The translations under genes and the position numbers were made by a program. The notes under the pieces were generated by a model. The model was not told where the DNA came from and did not search any database. It worked only from the letters and a program-made list of their open reading frames with translations. Of a stretch of DNA of 64,000 nt, positions 49,301-62,900 are shown one piece after another. Numbering within the stretch: position 1 is the first letter of the stretch; every line of letters starts with the position of its first letter. The DNA comes from Macrostomum hystrix (Eukaryota; Animalia; Platyhelminthes): positions 8,370,001 through 8,434,000 of the forward strand of contig CATNEN010000003.1 of the NCBI GenBank assembly GCA_950097015.1. The letters are read 5' to 3'.

Positions 49301-52300
49301 TTTAATTTAGCGAAGAAAGATTATTTGGAGATAGAAAATAGTTTTAGAAAGTAAGAAGCACAACAAATTTGTTGCTCTGTGTTCTGTGTTTTAGCTAAAG
49401 ACAACTAAAATCAGACATGTACTTGTGCACAGCTTGGGCACAGCGAAAAAGTGATCTACTTTCCTTTATAATTTACGAGCAATGCAAGGTTGAAACCGAA
49501 AAGCAAACAGACAGAACTTTCCTGCTGCAAATTGAAGTCCTAGGGGCGAATAGATAAAGGAAAGGGCATTGCAAAGGATCTCTGGTGTCTGCTTTATCAG
49601 TGCGTTCCCATGGCTTGAAAACGAATGCTGAACCTCTAGATCTAATGGGGATATAATATATTTGCTGTAGAGCTTACAATGTATATGAGGCCAAGACTGA
49701 AAACGAACTAAATGAAGCTCTTTCCAGGTGAAACTGGATTCATCTGGTTTTCTAAAATGCTAACGGGGCCAGCAGCGGGAGGAGGCTGACAGCCCGTGTA
49801 GGGAGGAGGCTGACAGCCCGTGTAGGGAGGAGGCTGACAGCCCGTGTAGGGAGGAGGCTGACAGCCCGTGTAGGGAGGAGGCTGACAGCCCGTGTAGGGA
49901 GGAGGCTGACAGCCCGTGTAGGGAGGAGGGTAACAGGCTGTGTAGGGAGGAGGCTGACAGCCCGTGTAGGGAGGAGGCTGACAGCCCGTGTAGGGAGGAG
50001 GCTGACAGCCCGTGTAGGGAGGAGGGTAACAGGCTGTGTAGGGAGGAGGCTGACAGCCCGTGTAGGGAGGAGGCTGACAGCCCGTGTAGGGAGGAGGCTG
50101 ACAGCCCGTGTAGGGAGGAGGCTGACAGCCCGTGTAGGGAGGAGGGTAACAGGCTGTGTAGGGAGGAGGCTGACAGCCCGTGTAGGGAGGAGGCTGACAG
50201 CCCGTGTAGGGAGGAGGCTGACAGCCCGTGTAGGGAGGAGGCTGACAGCCCGTGTAGGGAGGAGGGTAACAGGCTGTGTAGGGAGGATGGTGACAGGTTG
50301 TAGGGAGGATGGTGACAGGTTGTAGGGAGGATGGTGACAGGCTGTGTAGGGAGGATGGTGACAGGCTGTGTAGGGAGGATGGTGACAGGCTGTGTAGGGT
50401 AAAGGTTGACCGTCATTTTAAATAAAATTCTAGTTAGATTATATTTATGGCTGCTCGCTAAAACAGAAATTTCCTGCTATTTCGCTGCACTCTCCTCCAT
50501 ATCTGTGAGCACATATGCTGAGCCTAGTTGTCCGTACGATTATTATTATCGTTTTCTGCCTATTCACGTCTCCAGGGACTCAGATATGACGAACGGAAGT
50601 CGTTAAAAATCGAAGTTAAAAAATGCATTAATTTCCTTTGGCCAATGGCAAACTGACTGAGTGTAAGGCGCCTACTTCTTGGGTACATGAGGTTATCATC
50701 TTTTTGCCTCATCGATTAAACCATTTTTTGTTAAAACTACTCAAGACTTAAGTAGACTTGACGTAATGGAATCGTTTTATTCCATATTATCGATCCAGAA
50801 TAATAATATTGCCCTGCTGATATTGCCCTGCCCAATCTTTTATCTAAAGTTTCTATTCCTTTTTATATCTCTGATCTCTCTTGCCTTGTCTCTCTTGTCT
50901 CGTCTCTCTTGTCTCGTCTCTCTTGTCTCGTCTCTCTTGCCTGATCTCTCTTGTCTCGTCTCTCTTGTCTCGTCTCTCTTGTCTCGTCTCTCTTGCCTGA
51001 TCTCTCTTGTCTCGTCTCTCTTGTCTCGTCTCTCTTGTCTCGTCTCTCTTGTCTCGTCTCTCTTGTCTCGTCTCTCTTGTCTCGTCTCTCTTGCCTGATC
51101 TCTCTTGTCTCGTCTCTCTTGTCTCGTCTCTCTTGTCTCGTCTCTCTTGTCTCGTCTCTCTTGTCTCGTCTCTCTTGTCTCGTCTCTCTTGTCTCGTCTC
51201 TCTTGTCTCGTCTCTCTTGTCTCGTCTCTCTTGTCTCGTCTCTCTTGCCTGATCTCTCTTGTCTCGTCTCTCTTGTCTCGTCTCTCTTGTCTCGTCTCTC
51301 TTGTCTCGTCTCTCTTGTCTCGTCTCTCTTGCCTGATCTCTCTTGTCTGATCTCTCTTGTCTCGTCTCTCTTGTCTCGTCTCTCTTGTCTCGTCTCTCTT
51401 GTCTCGTCTCTCTTGTCTGATCTCTCTTGTCTCGTCTCTCTTGTCTCGTCTCTCTTGTCTGATCTCTCTTGTCTGATCTCTCTTGTCTTGTCTCTCTTGC
51501 CTGATCTCTCTTGTCTCGTCTCTCTTGTGTCGTCTCTCTTGTCTCGTCTCTCTTGTCTCGTCTCTCTTGTCTGATCTCTCTTGTCTGATCTCTCTTGTCT
51601 CGTCTCTCTTGTCTGATCTCTCTTGTCTCGTCTCTCTCGTCTCGTCTCTCTTGTCTGATCTCTCTTGTCTGATCTCTCTTGTCTCGTCTCTCTTGTCTCG
51701 TCTCTCTTGTCTCGTCTCTCTTGTCTCGTCTCTCTTGCCTTGTCTCTCTTGTCTCGTCTCTCTTGTCTCGTCTCTCTTGCCTGATCTCTCTTGCCTTGTC
51801 TCTCTTGTCTCGTCTCTCTTGTCTCGTCTCTCTTGTCTCGTCTCTCTTGTCTCGTCTCTCTTGTCTCGTCTCTCTTGCCTGATCTCTCTTGTCTCGTCTC
51901 TCTTGTCTCGTCTCTCTTGTCTCGTCTCTCTTGTCTGATCTCTCTTGTCTGATCTCTCTTGTCTCGTCTCTCTTGTCTGATCTCTCTTGTCTCGTCTCTC
52001 TTGTCTGATCTCTCTTGTCTCGTCTCTCTTGTCTGATCTCTCTTGTCTCGTCTCTCTCGTCTCTCTTGTCTCGTCGCACCTCTCCTAACTTTCTCATCTT
52101 GTCGCAGCTACAAAGCAGCAAATCGCAGAAGGCTTAACATAGGACTGTCGCCCCTAATGCATATTCAATTAGTTACTAGCAGGAACTCTCTCAATAGATG
52201 GCCTACAAATAAATAAAGTTGTTTGTTAGAGGTCACAGTCGGTTCGTGTGGCCATTCTTGAGTAAAAGAAATCAGAGCGATGGATTTCAATGGGCTCTAG

Positions 52301-55300
52301 TTTCAAGCGATGCTTTCTCGAAGCAATCAGCTGATTTACATTTAAAGAATTTAGATTTACCAAGGATGACACGATCGGGGGTATATTTTTACTACAACTT
52401 ATTTAAATCCTATCTGTGGTGTTTGGATCTCTTCAGCTATCAAATCCAACCTTCAAATATGGATTACTTTCTTACCCTACCGTCTTCATCTACTATCGTT
52501 TTTTAAATCCATCCCATTCTCCATCTAACTTACTGTCCTCTCACAAAACCAGATGCTTTTCGCCCGAACCATCTCTTTCTTACCCCTGTCTCTCCTTCCA
52601 ACTTCCCTGTCTCTCTTACTTACCCCCTGTCTCTCTTTCTTACCCCCTGTCTCTCTTTCTTACCCCTGTCTCTCTTTCTTACCCCTTGTCTCTCTTTCTT
52701 ACCCCCTGTCTCTCTTTCTTACTCCGTATCTCTCTTTCTTACACCATGTCTCTCTTTCTTACCCCCTGTCTCTCTTTCTTACCCCCTGTCTCTCTTTCTT
52801 ACCCCCTGTCTCTTTTTCTTACTCCCTATCTCTCTTTCTTACCCCCTGTCTCTCTTTCTTGCCCCCTGTCTCTCTTTCTTACCCCTATCTCTTTTTCTTA
52901 CCCCTGTTTCTCTCTTTCTTACCCCCTGTCTCTCTTTCTTACCCCCTATCTCTCTTTCTTACCCCTGTCTCTCTTTCTTACCCCTGTCTCTCTTTCTTAC
53001 CCCTATCTCTTTTTCTTACCCCTGTTTCTCTCTTTCTTACCCCCTGTCTCTCTTTCTTACCCCCTATCTCTCTTTCTTACCCCTGTCTCTCTTTCTTACC
53101 CCTGTCTCTATTTCTTACCCCCTATCTCTCTTTCTTACCCCTGTCTCTCTTTCTTACCCCTGTCTCTCTTTCTTACCCCTATCTCTTTTTCTTACCCCTG
53201 TTTTTCTCTTTCTTACCCCCTGTCTCTCTTTCTTACCCCCTATCTCTCTTTCTTACCCCTGTCTCTCTTTCTTACCCCTGTCTCTCTTTCTTACCCCTAT
53301 CTCTTTTTCTTACCCCTGTTTCTCTCTTTCTTACCCCCTGTCTCTCTTTCTTACCCCCTATCTCTCTTTCTTACCCCTGTTTCTCTCTTTCTTACCCCCT
53401 GTCTCTATTTCTTACCCCCTATCTCTCTTTCTTACCCCTGTCTCTCTTTTTTGCCCCATTCTTTCTACATTTTACCTATCCATCTTTCTATCTTCTTTCT
53501 TTTTAAGTCAATCTTCATTAGTACCGTCAGTCTTTCTCACCTCTGCTCTCTCTCTCTCTTACTCCTGTGTGCCTCTCTTTCTTATCAGTGTCTTTTTCCT
53601 TCATTAGAATCCGTTCCAAATGTCTTATCTGCTTCTGTTAGGGGTCCTTATTTTCCCTATAAAACAACACCATGAATATGTTAGCAGTGTCAAATTCTAC
53701 GAGTATTTATATTTTCATCTCATTTTTTTAAGTAACTAAAGCAAATAACGATTGAATTTTATTTAAGATAAAGATAACACATTGACTGGCATCAGTTATC
53801 AATCGCGTTATTTTTGTGATTTTAAGATGGAATTCTTTTTTCAACCACTGAACGTATCGGGAATTACCTGGTTATTTTTGGATAAGTGTAGGAAAAGAAT
53901 CTCTAACAGGTGATCCTAATTTCTAACAGGTGATCCCAATCTCTAACTGGTGGTATCATTCTCTAACGGGTGATCCGAATCTCTAACAGGTGATCCTAAT
54001 TTCTAACAGGTGATCCTAATTTCTAACAGGTGATCGTAATTTCCAACAGGTGATCCTAATTTCTAACAGGTGATCCTAATCACTAACAGGTGATCCCAAT
54101 CTCTAACTGGTGGTATCATTCTCTAACAGGTGATCCGAATCTCTAACAGGTGATCGTAATTTCCAACAGGTGATCCTAATTTCTAACAGGTGATCCTAAT
54201 TTCTAACAGGTGATCCTAATCACTAACAGGTGATCCCAATCTCTAACTGGTGGTATCATTCTCTAACAGGTGATCCGAATCTCTAACAGGTGATCGTAAT
54301 TTCTAACAGGTGATCATAATTTCCAACAGGTGATCCTAATTTCTAACAGGTGATCCTAATTTCCAACAGATGATCCTAATCACTAACAGGTGATCCTAAT
54401 TTCCAACAGGTGATCCTAATCACTAACAGGTGATCCTAATTTCCAACAGGTGATCCTAATCACTAACAGGTGATCCTAATTTCCAACAGGTGATCCTAAT
54501 CACTAACAGGTGATCCTAATTTCCAACAGGTGATCCTAATCACTAACAGGTGATCCTAATTTCCAACAGGTGATCCTAATCACTAACAGGTGATCCTAAT
54601 CTCTAACAGGTGGTATCATTCTCTAACAGGTGATCCTAATCACTAACAGGTGATCCTAATTTCCAACAGGTGATCCTAATTTCCAACAGGTGATCCTAAT
54701 CACTAACATGTGATCCCAATCTCTAACAGGTGATCCGAATCTCTAACAGGTGGTATCATTCTCTAACAGGTGATCCGAATCTCTAACAGGTGGTATCATT
54801 CTCTAACAGGTGATCCCAACCTCTAACAGTTGCTCTTGATCTCTAACAGGTGACCCAATTGTCTAACAGTCTACTCCGCCCCGAACTGCTCACAAGCAGG
54901 ACACCATCCCATATCCCGGCGAGTACGGCATCAATTCGCCAAGCGGCATGCAGACTGTGCTAGCCCTCAGTCAGGTGCAAACCAGCTTGGCTGACACTCC
55001 GACAAAGCGTTGCGAGGCCAAGGACACCTTCCATGCCTATGATCACCTGCTGGAGTGAGTGCGTCCTTGCCTGGTCATTGTTTATATCCTAAAAGTGAAG
55101 ATAATATTTTGCTTCTCTGTTAGGATAAAGTTCAGGGTTACTGATTTGAGTCTCGCACAAAGGTCCCTGAGCTCGATTGCGCGGCGAGGTCACATTCATT
55201 TGGGGCGCAGCCGCGGAGAGAAGGCTTGGGGGCTTGTCGTGCAATTTACGCCCCTGAGGGCCAGCCTCCATGAAGGCATTGCAAAATGTGCACTGCCTGT

Positions 55301-57656
55301 CGATAAGAAATCAGGTCAAATGTACACACCTGTGCCTTTCGAATTCGCAGCACAGTCCAAGTGTACGACAAGCAGCTAGCCGACTGTACCACCTTCGAGC
55401 ACCTTAAAAGCGTCCAAGTGAAGTGCGGCTGCACTATTGAGGGCCTAGTTGAAACCGATCTAGGCCGCAAGCCTCGCTTGGAGTACTGCCATGACCTTCT
55501 GGGAGCACAGAACCAACAACAGCTGCCGGAGTTGTTGAAACAAATTCGACTGTTCTTCGAAAATGATCCGTCAGTTAAAAACCTAGGACTGCTCAGCCTT
55601 GCGGGACAATTGTCTCTAGGAAAATTTAGTCAGCTAGACTACTCAAATAGACTGAGAGTAGCGGAGCTCCTCAGTGCTAGATTTCCAAGCATTCGTCAAC
55701 GCCTCGACCGGTTAAAGTGCGCGCTGCCCTATCTGCTCACTGGTAGAAAGCCGTCCAACTGTTTGAACATCTGCAACTACACCACCTACGACTTTTCTGT
55801 GTTTCAAAGCCGTTGGCCGGATCCGAATTTTCAGATTCGAGGAGCCAGAATTCGATTGGCTAGAATAGCACAGATGCTCAGGTTGAGAATGCAAGAAATC
55901 GATACTCATCTGCAATCGATGAGAGCGTTAAATCCGAATTTCGACACCAACCATGCACTAAATCATTCGATCACTTATCACCAAGTTAATCTCAGCGAGT
56001 GCATCGATGTTCATCTCAACAAGAGCTTGGATAGATTCGATATGGACGAGCATTGCGAACAGGTGCACAGCATTATTAGGCAGAGCTTTCTGCAGTTGCG
56101 AGTCTATCCGAAAACTCTCACTGTTAGACAACTGTACGAAGAGAGAAGCTACGAATTGGTTAATCTGTTCTCAGACCTTGGCGGCATCATGGGTGAGAGA
56201 AATGGGGCAGTTGTAGAACTTTAGTTGGAATGAATTTGATTGGCTAGGCGTGAGATGGGTGATTGGGTGATAGCAAGGGTAGAAAAAACCCAGATTTACT
56301 ATAGTTATGACGCGGATGCTTGAAATGTGTTTAGAATGAATCGGATTGGCTGGGAGTGAGGTGGGTGCTTAAATAAGTTTAGACTGAATCGGATTAACTC
56401 GATTTGAGGTGAAAGGTGTAAAAATGACTGGGACGAATCGGATTGGCTTGGCGTGGGGTGGGTTTTTTAAAGGGTAGGAAAGAACTGGGTTGGTCGGGCG
56501 TGAGGTGGGCGATTTAAATAGTACAATTTAATCTGATTGGCTGGGCGTGAGGATGGTAAAAGGTTATAGAAGGACATTGGATTGACTAGCCATAAAATGC
56601 ATATCAAAAGGGTCTTAAATACTCGTATATGATTCATTCCAGGTCTCTGGATTGGTGTCTCAGTCGTGACACTGTGTGAGTTCGCTGAAATCTCACTAAT
56701 CGTGGCGTCCTACTATGCTCGCCTGTTGTTGCATCGACTAGCGCTGACCTTGGGAGCTGGAATTCTCCTCTGGGGAGAGGAGAAAACTAAGCGAGTACCT
56801 GGGAAACTTAACTCAGCCAGGTGCGTTTACTTAGAAATAGATTTCGTCGTCATTTTTCGTCAATAAATAAACATGACTGACAAATCGTCACGCTGCCTGT
56901 TAGAGACTGTTAGACTACTGCCAGAAGCATTGCCGAAACTACCTGTTAGACAAATTGTTAGACTACCTGTTAGACACATTTTTATACTACCTGTTAGACA
57001 CATTGTTAGACTACCTGTTAGACAAATTGTTAGACTACCTGTTAGACACATTGTTAGACTACTTGTTCGACACATTGTTAGACTACTTGTTAGACTCGTT
57101 GTTAGACTACCTGTTAGACACGTTGTTAGACTACCTGTTAGACACGTTGTTAGACTACCTATTAGACACATTGTTAGACTACCTGTTAGACACGTTGTTA
57201 GACTACCTGTTAGACACGTTGTTAGACTACCTGTTAAACACATTGTTAGACTACCTGTTAGACACATTGTTAGACTACCTGTTAGACAAATCTAAATGGT
57301 CAAATCTGCTACTAAAAGCATCATAACTAATCGATTGCAGCAGGCGGCAAGCCAGTCAACTTCAGCATAGTCAAAAGCGCTTTGCGTCTCTGCAAAACAC
57401 TGACGGCTCGCCAAGCGACTGTCTCCGTGCCGGACCTGTTCAAGATCCAAACAGGTACAGACAGCCGAGACTTAGACACAGCTTTGATCCTAGTTCCACA
57501 GGTCGAATTTCGGCTAACACTGTCACCAACAACACGGTCAATCATTCCTTGAGCGCTACGGATTTTCTGCATTATCAACGTCAGAAGCAGCAACAGCAGC
57601 AGCAACAACAACAACAGCAGGAGAAGCCATTGTGCAACAAAGAGACAAGAATTTGA
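46316..57656 (+). CDS. DEG/ENaC-family (ASIC/FaNaC-like) sodium channel; exons 46316-47296, 54900-55054, 55351-56192, 56643-56820, 57341-57656
   Basis: FAGRTSAHG gating motif, TM1, FPDVTFC, YGNCFSF, GLRIAVH|DTIPYP, KCGC, LFSDLGGIMG|LWIGVSVVTLCEF (TM2, GxS filter); in-phase GT-AG junctions; AATAAA at 57742. Confidence 0.92.
47358..48158. mobile_element. foldback/MITE element with long imperfect inverted arms
   Basis: 47358-47430 pairs with 48080-48158 and 47567-47708 pairs with 47887-48028. Confidence 0.8.
48920..49120 (+). mobile_element. SINE family B, 3' half
   Basis: Matches 37010-37198. Confidence 0.85.
49777..50400. repeat. 24-bp minisatellite (GTGTAGGGAGGAGGCTGACAGCCC)
   Basis: About 26 units; a variant unit recurs every 4-5 units. 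Confidence 0.96.
50870..52075. repeat. 14-bp minisatellite (GTCTCTCTTGTCTC)
   Basis: About 85 units. Confidence 0.96.
52570..53458. repeat. ~20-21-bp pyrimidine-rich minisatellite (TCTCTCTTTCTTACCCCCTG)
   Basis: About 43 units. Confidence 0.95.
53899..54870. repeat. 20-bp minisatellite (CTAACAGGTGATCCTAATTT)
   Basis: About 48 units with TCTAACAG core. Confidence 0.96.
55150..55335 (+). mobile_element. SINE family B, 5' half, in ENaC intron 2
   Basis: GGCGCAGCCGCGGAGAGAAGGCTTGG..TGTACACACCTGTG. Confidence 0.8.
56897..57290. repeat. 24-bp minisatellite (ACTACCTGTTAGACACATTGTTAG)
   Basis: About 15 units; reverse strand carries the GTCTAACAGG core. Confidence 0.93.
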
Positions 57657-57820
57657 CTTTTAATTTGCTAGTTGTTTTATTGTATCTTTCGCCGCGATCA
57701 AATAGCTAAGATTTTACATACATTTTTGTACGCCCAAAGTCAATAAATTAAAACATCGCACACTATAGAGACCATATCCAAACATCTTGTCAGTTTGATA
57801 TATATTATAGATAATAACTG

Positions 57821-57917
57821 TTTACACGTGTCCCAATTGAGTCAGATGTGCAGCTGACAGCACAGCCGCAGCTATTGCGCAACGCACCTGAAGGCTGCGT
57901 ACGGCTGTTCACTGGGG
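57821..57917 (-). mobile_element. SINE family A 3' tail, inverted copy
   Basis: Imperfect reverse complement of 58152-58242. Confidence 0.8.
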
Positions 57918-57953
57918 GAAGGGAGGAAGCGAACCTTTGACCCTTCCAGTCTA

Positions 57954-58274
57954 GAGGTTGTAGCCTAGTGGTTAGGGCGTCGGACTCACGACTTGAAGGT
58001 CGGGGGTTCGATTCCCGACTCCACTGGAACAATTTGCGTCCTTTAGCAAGACACTTAACTCTGCATTGCTTCAGTTCACCCAGCTGTTAAATGGGTACCA
58101 GCATCAGCTGGGATAATTGAAGGTGGGTGTGGCGTCCCCCCAGTCCGTGGACTGAACAGCTGTACGCAGCCTTCAGATGCGCCACGCATTAGCTGCGGCT
58201 GTGCTGTCGGCTGCACATCTGACCCAATTGGGGCAGGTGTAATCAATTATTATTATTATTAAATTATTATTATT
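57954..58274 (+). mobile_element. SINE family A, full length
   Basis: A-box TAGCCTAGTGG, B-box GGTTCGATTCC, CORE-like GTCCTTTAGCAAGACACTTAAC, (ATT)n tail, AGTCTA at both flanks (57948-57953, 58275-58280). Confidence 0.92.
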
Positions 58275-58635
58275 AGTCTACAGAAGTCCGAAATCAGACT
58301 AACAGAAGTCCTCAGTTTACTCAGATAGTTTGCACTGTAGGCTTCAAAAGGCTTCGTAAAATAATTATTGCTTTTTTATCAGCATCCAGTGCGCAGGCCG
58401 CTACGAATTGTAACAATCGCCTATAAGCCCTTGCAACTTCGAAGCTTAAAAACATATTTTACGACAGTAACTACGACGTATGCGATCGGATCCCAGACAA
58501 ACGGGTACAGTGCGCATGCCTCATAATTGCAAATGCACTTCGCGTTAAGCATAATTCGAGTAACGATGCCATCAATTCTGTAAGGCTAATCCAGAGACTT
58601 GCGAAATTGGGTCTATAACCATTTTATCGTGTCTA

Positions 58636-59428
58636 TTTGACTGTCATTTCCGTGTGTTTGACTGTCATTTCCGTGTGTTTGACTGTCATTTCCGTGTGTT
58701 TGACTTTCATTTCCGTGTGTTTGACTGTCATTTCCGTGTGTTTGACTGTCATTTCCGTGTGTTTGACTGTCATTTCCGTGTGTTTGACTGTCATTTCCGT
58801 GTGTTTGACTGTCATTTCCGTGTGTTTGACTGTCATTTCCGTGTGTTTGACTGTCATTTCCGTGTGTCTATTTGACTGTCATTTCCGTGTGTCTATTTGA
58901 CTGTCATCTCCGTGTGTCTATTTGACTGTCATTTCCGTGTGTTTGACTGTCATTTCCGTGTGTTTGACTGTCATTTCCGTGTGTTTGACTGCCCTTTCCG
59001 TGTGTTTGACTGTCATTTCCGTGTGTTTGACTGTCATTTCCGTGCGTCTATTTGACTGTCATTTCCGTGTGTTTGACTGTCATTTCCGTGTGTTTGACTG
59101 TCATTTCCGTGTGTTTGACTGTCATTTCCGTGTGTTTGACTGTCATTTCCGTGTGTTTGACTGTCATTTCCGTGCGTCTATTTGACTGTCATTTCCGTGT
59201 GTTTGACTGTCATTTCCGTGTGTTTGACTGTCATTTCCGTGCGTCTATTTGACTGTCATTTCCGTGTGTTTGACTGCCATTTCCGTGCGTCTTTTTGACT
59301 GTCATTTCCGTGTGTTTGACGGTCATTTCCGTGCGTCTATTTGACTGTCATTTCCGTGTGTTTGACTGTCATTTCCGTGTGTTTGACTGTCATTTCCGTG
59401 TGTTTGACTGCCATTTCGGTGTGTTTGA
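58636..59428. repeat. 21-bp minisatellite (TTTGACTGTCATTTCCGTGTG)
   Basis: About 36 units. Confidence 0.96.
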
Positions 59429-59843
59429 AATGCTTATTTGTCCCCTAGAATCTTATGGAATCAGTCCTATCGGGGGGGAATATATCTTGTTCCTTAGCAG
59501 CACTCCACTCTTGCAACAGCTTCCCACACTACAGTGCAGTCGATTTGAGCTGATTAGCAAATCAAAGACTTGCGCTTTGGCGCCTCCAATCTTACTAGCC
59601 ACTAGTTGCTATAGGCCAGCTTAGTTGCCACCAAGGCCTGGATCGTTAACTAGTTAGAATGATGCCGATTTCGGAAGGAAGAAGAAGTTGGCCCAGAAAG
59701 GCAAACCAAGAGAGAAAGAGAGAAGATGATAGCACCCATGCTTGGTCCGATAAAATAATCTATTAGATGCCACATAGACAGATAGATGGATAGATAGATG
59801 AGAGCGTTAACTCTTGACTAGTACAAACCATTGACTAGTATGC

Positions 59844-59957
<114 letters not shown>

Positions 59958-62900
59958 AGATTTCTGCAGTCCATTGATGCCACAGCAGTACAAGTGTGTG
60001 TAAGTTTACAGTATCCTGTAACATAGCAGCATCCTGGCTTGGCATACATCAGTCAAGCGAACATGCAGTAGACTGGTCTCCATGCAGCAAAAGGCATCGC
60101 TAGAAGCGGTCAGTTGCGCATTGCCTGTAGCTAAAATTGGCCGACATTCGGTGGAAATCAGCGCTTCTAGTTTGGTTTTTTTCCCTGAGAAAAAAGTTTT
60201 TTCGCAAGCGCACTGGAAGGGTTACAAGCGGGCTGACCTATATTGCTAGCACTGACCAAAGTAACATCATCTGCTACTGTTAGTCTGGCCCGCTAGTCTG
60301 TGTCTGGGAAAGAATAATTTCCCGCTAATCCAAAAAACTGGGATTTGTATCCACATCAAACTGGGTGGAATCAACATCTATACAATAGATAAGAAATCGC
60401 CCATCCTGGACCTATTCTTCTTTTCTTTTGGATTTCTATCAGACTCTCTAACAACAAAATTTATGTTTCCAAAAGTGTGTAAAAAAGAAATGCATGATTT
60501 CTATATGACTGCACCGCTATAAGTATCACTGCGCGTATAAATCTAATCCAAGACAAGTGCCAGCATTTTGGGAGTTTTAGTAGCCTAATCCAGTTTGAAA
60601 ATTCGACAATGCGATTCCATAGATAGTCTATGGCCAAACTTTGCAGTTAATTTCTATAGCAATAGCCTGCTGTTCGTGTCTATGGCCAGAACTCGCAGCT
60701 GTTAATCGTCATGCCCAGAAGTATTCCCCACTAAAAGAAACTAGTGGAAACTCTTAGACTCGAAGAATCTGTCTACAAAAATTTATAGGCCAAGCTTTTA
60801 AAGTTTTCATGAAGATTAATCAGGAATATAGCACTTCGGAGTTAACTTGTAAAATAAAAACCTAATCGTTGTCGAACTCTACTTTAAGTAGCAGTAAATG
60901 TATACGCATTTTAAAGTAGTAAGTCTCATGTTAAGATAAAAAATCTTGATATTGATATTGATACTGGTCTAATATACCAGTATATAAGATATGTGTATGA
61001 TTTTACATATGATTTGAATTTCACATCATGAATTTTATTCATGATTTCCTTCATATTCCTTCATCCATGATTTGCGGTTTAGTTTTTTTCAGCTCTACAA
61101 TTAGTTTATGGTAAAAGGTCCCTTAAAAAATCCGAAATTCTTCAAGTTAAAACCACATTCTGGAGCAGTTTTCATTAGAAATTATATTATCCTTGGTTCG
61201 TGTTCATCGACCAAGTTCAACCGAGGTTTCTTCCCAATAGTTTCAAGCCGCCACCATGCCAACCGATTCGGAACGTCGGGACGCCATTCAAATGGCTGCA
61301 CAGCATTTAAAAAAAATGATCACTCTAAGAAAACCTGTATATCAACCTGATGAGCTGACGACTGACGGGCGGCACAGCCTTCAAATAGGTAACGCAATGC
61401 ACCTAGGCCTAGTCAAGACGGGTACTTTTTAGTACGCGTATATTACGTATATATACACATGCAGTTGTAGCAGCACATGGCAGGAAGCTGACAGTTTAGA
61501 TGAGCAACTGCATGGACCCGGCGCCCTGAAACAACCTCACGCCAACACCACAAATATCCACACCCAACTCACGCCAACACGAAAAAATTTTACACCTACC
61601 TCACGCCAACACCACGAATTTCGACACCCACCTCACGCCAACATCACACCCACCTCTATCCACACAGGTTGCGCGGATGCAAAAGGCGTCACCAATAGCA
61701 GGGGTGGCAAACGCATCTCGTCTGTAAACGATTGGCTGCCGTTTGAACCCTACTGTATGTCATTCCTGCTGCCGTTGTCGAACGCAGTGATCGAGATGTT
61801 CACGGATGATGCTGTGCAGTTAAGGAAGCTGGCTCGAATCACTCACTGCGCTGTTGAATTGCAACGAACTATTGTACTCCGAAAATCTCCTGGCTCCTCG
61901 AGTTGGACAAAATTTGGCCGGATTGTCATTGAAGGACTGACAGTCAGAAGCATTCTTGTAAGTCAGTCACGACTGTACTCGACAAACCATTATCAAATCA
62001 AATATTTAGATTTTATTGACCCAAATTTCCGCAGCAAATGGACAGCATGATGCGCAAGCGATTCCCGGTGTACCTCAACCGGCTGCAGCAGCAGTCTGTG
62101 GCCACACAGTCGAGTGCAAGAGGGAAGCCGACGTCATCCGCGTGCCATCTATTCGTTTCCGAATCTGTGCCCGACAATGCTACGTTGTCGTTTGGCAGCC
62201 AACGCACTGGCGCAATTGATCACCACTTTGGAGCTCTGTTACTGCATCAGGAGCGGAAAATGCAGCTAGCAAATAGCGATAAGCATCATGCTAATTATTT
62301 GCAAAAGCGTAAACAGGTACCCTCGAGGACCGCCAGTTTTGACAAAGCGGCCAGTTTTTTCTACAGTCGAGGTTATTCTAATCACACATTGGCGGCGAAA
62401 AAGTTTTAGTTTAATTAATTTGATCGTCTTAATTGTTGGGGGCACCAGACAGATTGATGCTTCGAACTGCAGCGCACGTGGTTTTCAATCGACAATCAAC
62501 AAGTTTTGGTTTGTTTATTTTCAAACAAGCTTCACTGCTGTGTCGATGCCTAAACGTTAATTTAATTTTAAAAAATTAAATTTTAGTTTTCGTGGAAGCA
62601 CGAAAACTCATTTTGTTTTATCAAAACAAAATTATGTTGATTAAAATGAAAAAAATTGGGTGGCATCGTTGGAAAATTATTTTAATTGCGTTTTTTATTT
62701 GTGAAATTTCATAATTGCACGTGATCTGCAATATATGTATCAACCAGTATTAAATTTTCACTTTTACTATATATCAGATTGCAATCAGAGTTTTTCTTGG
62801 AAGCAATAGATTTTCGATCAAAAAGTATATCGATCTAACAGTATTGATGGTCAGACGGTCTTTCGTACGTTGATCTGCAGCCTGACATTGCAAGTATAGC

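Noticed and set aside
49760-53675. ORFs of 200-420 aa (RDKRDETRE, LSLFLTP, SSLHGLSA repeats)
   Set aside because: Stop-free translations of intronic minisatellites
57954-58025. tRNA gene candidates (also 38767, 36866, 37280, 39170)
   Set aside because: Acceptor or anticodon stems are broken, and most continue into repeated SINE bodies
7112-59428. CRISPR-like arrays
   Set aside because: Repeats are head-to-tail without unique spacers, there are no cas genes, and the context is eukaryotic
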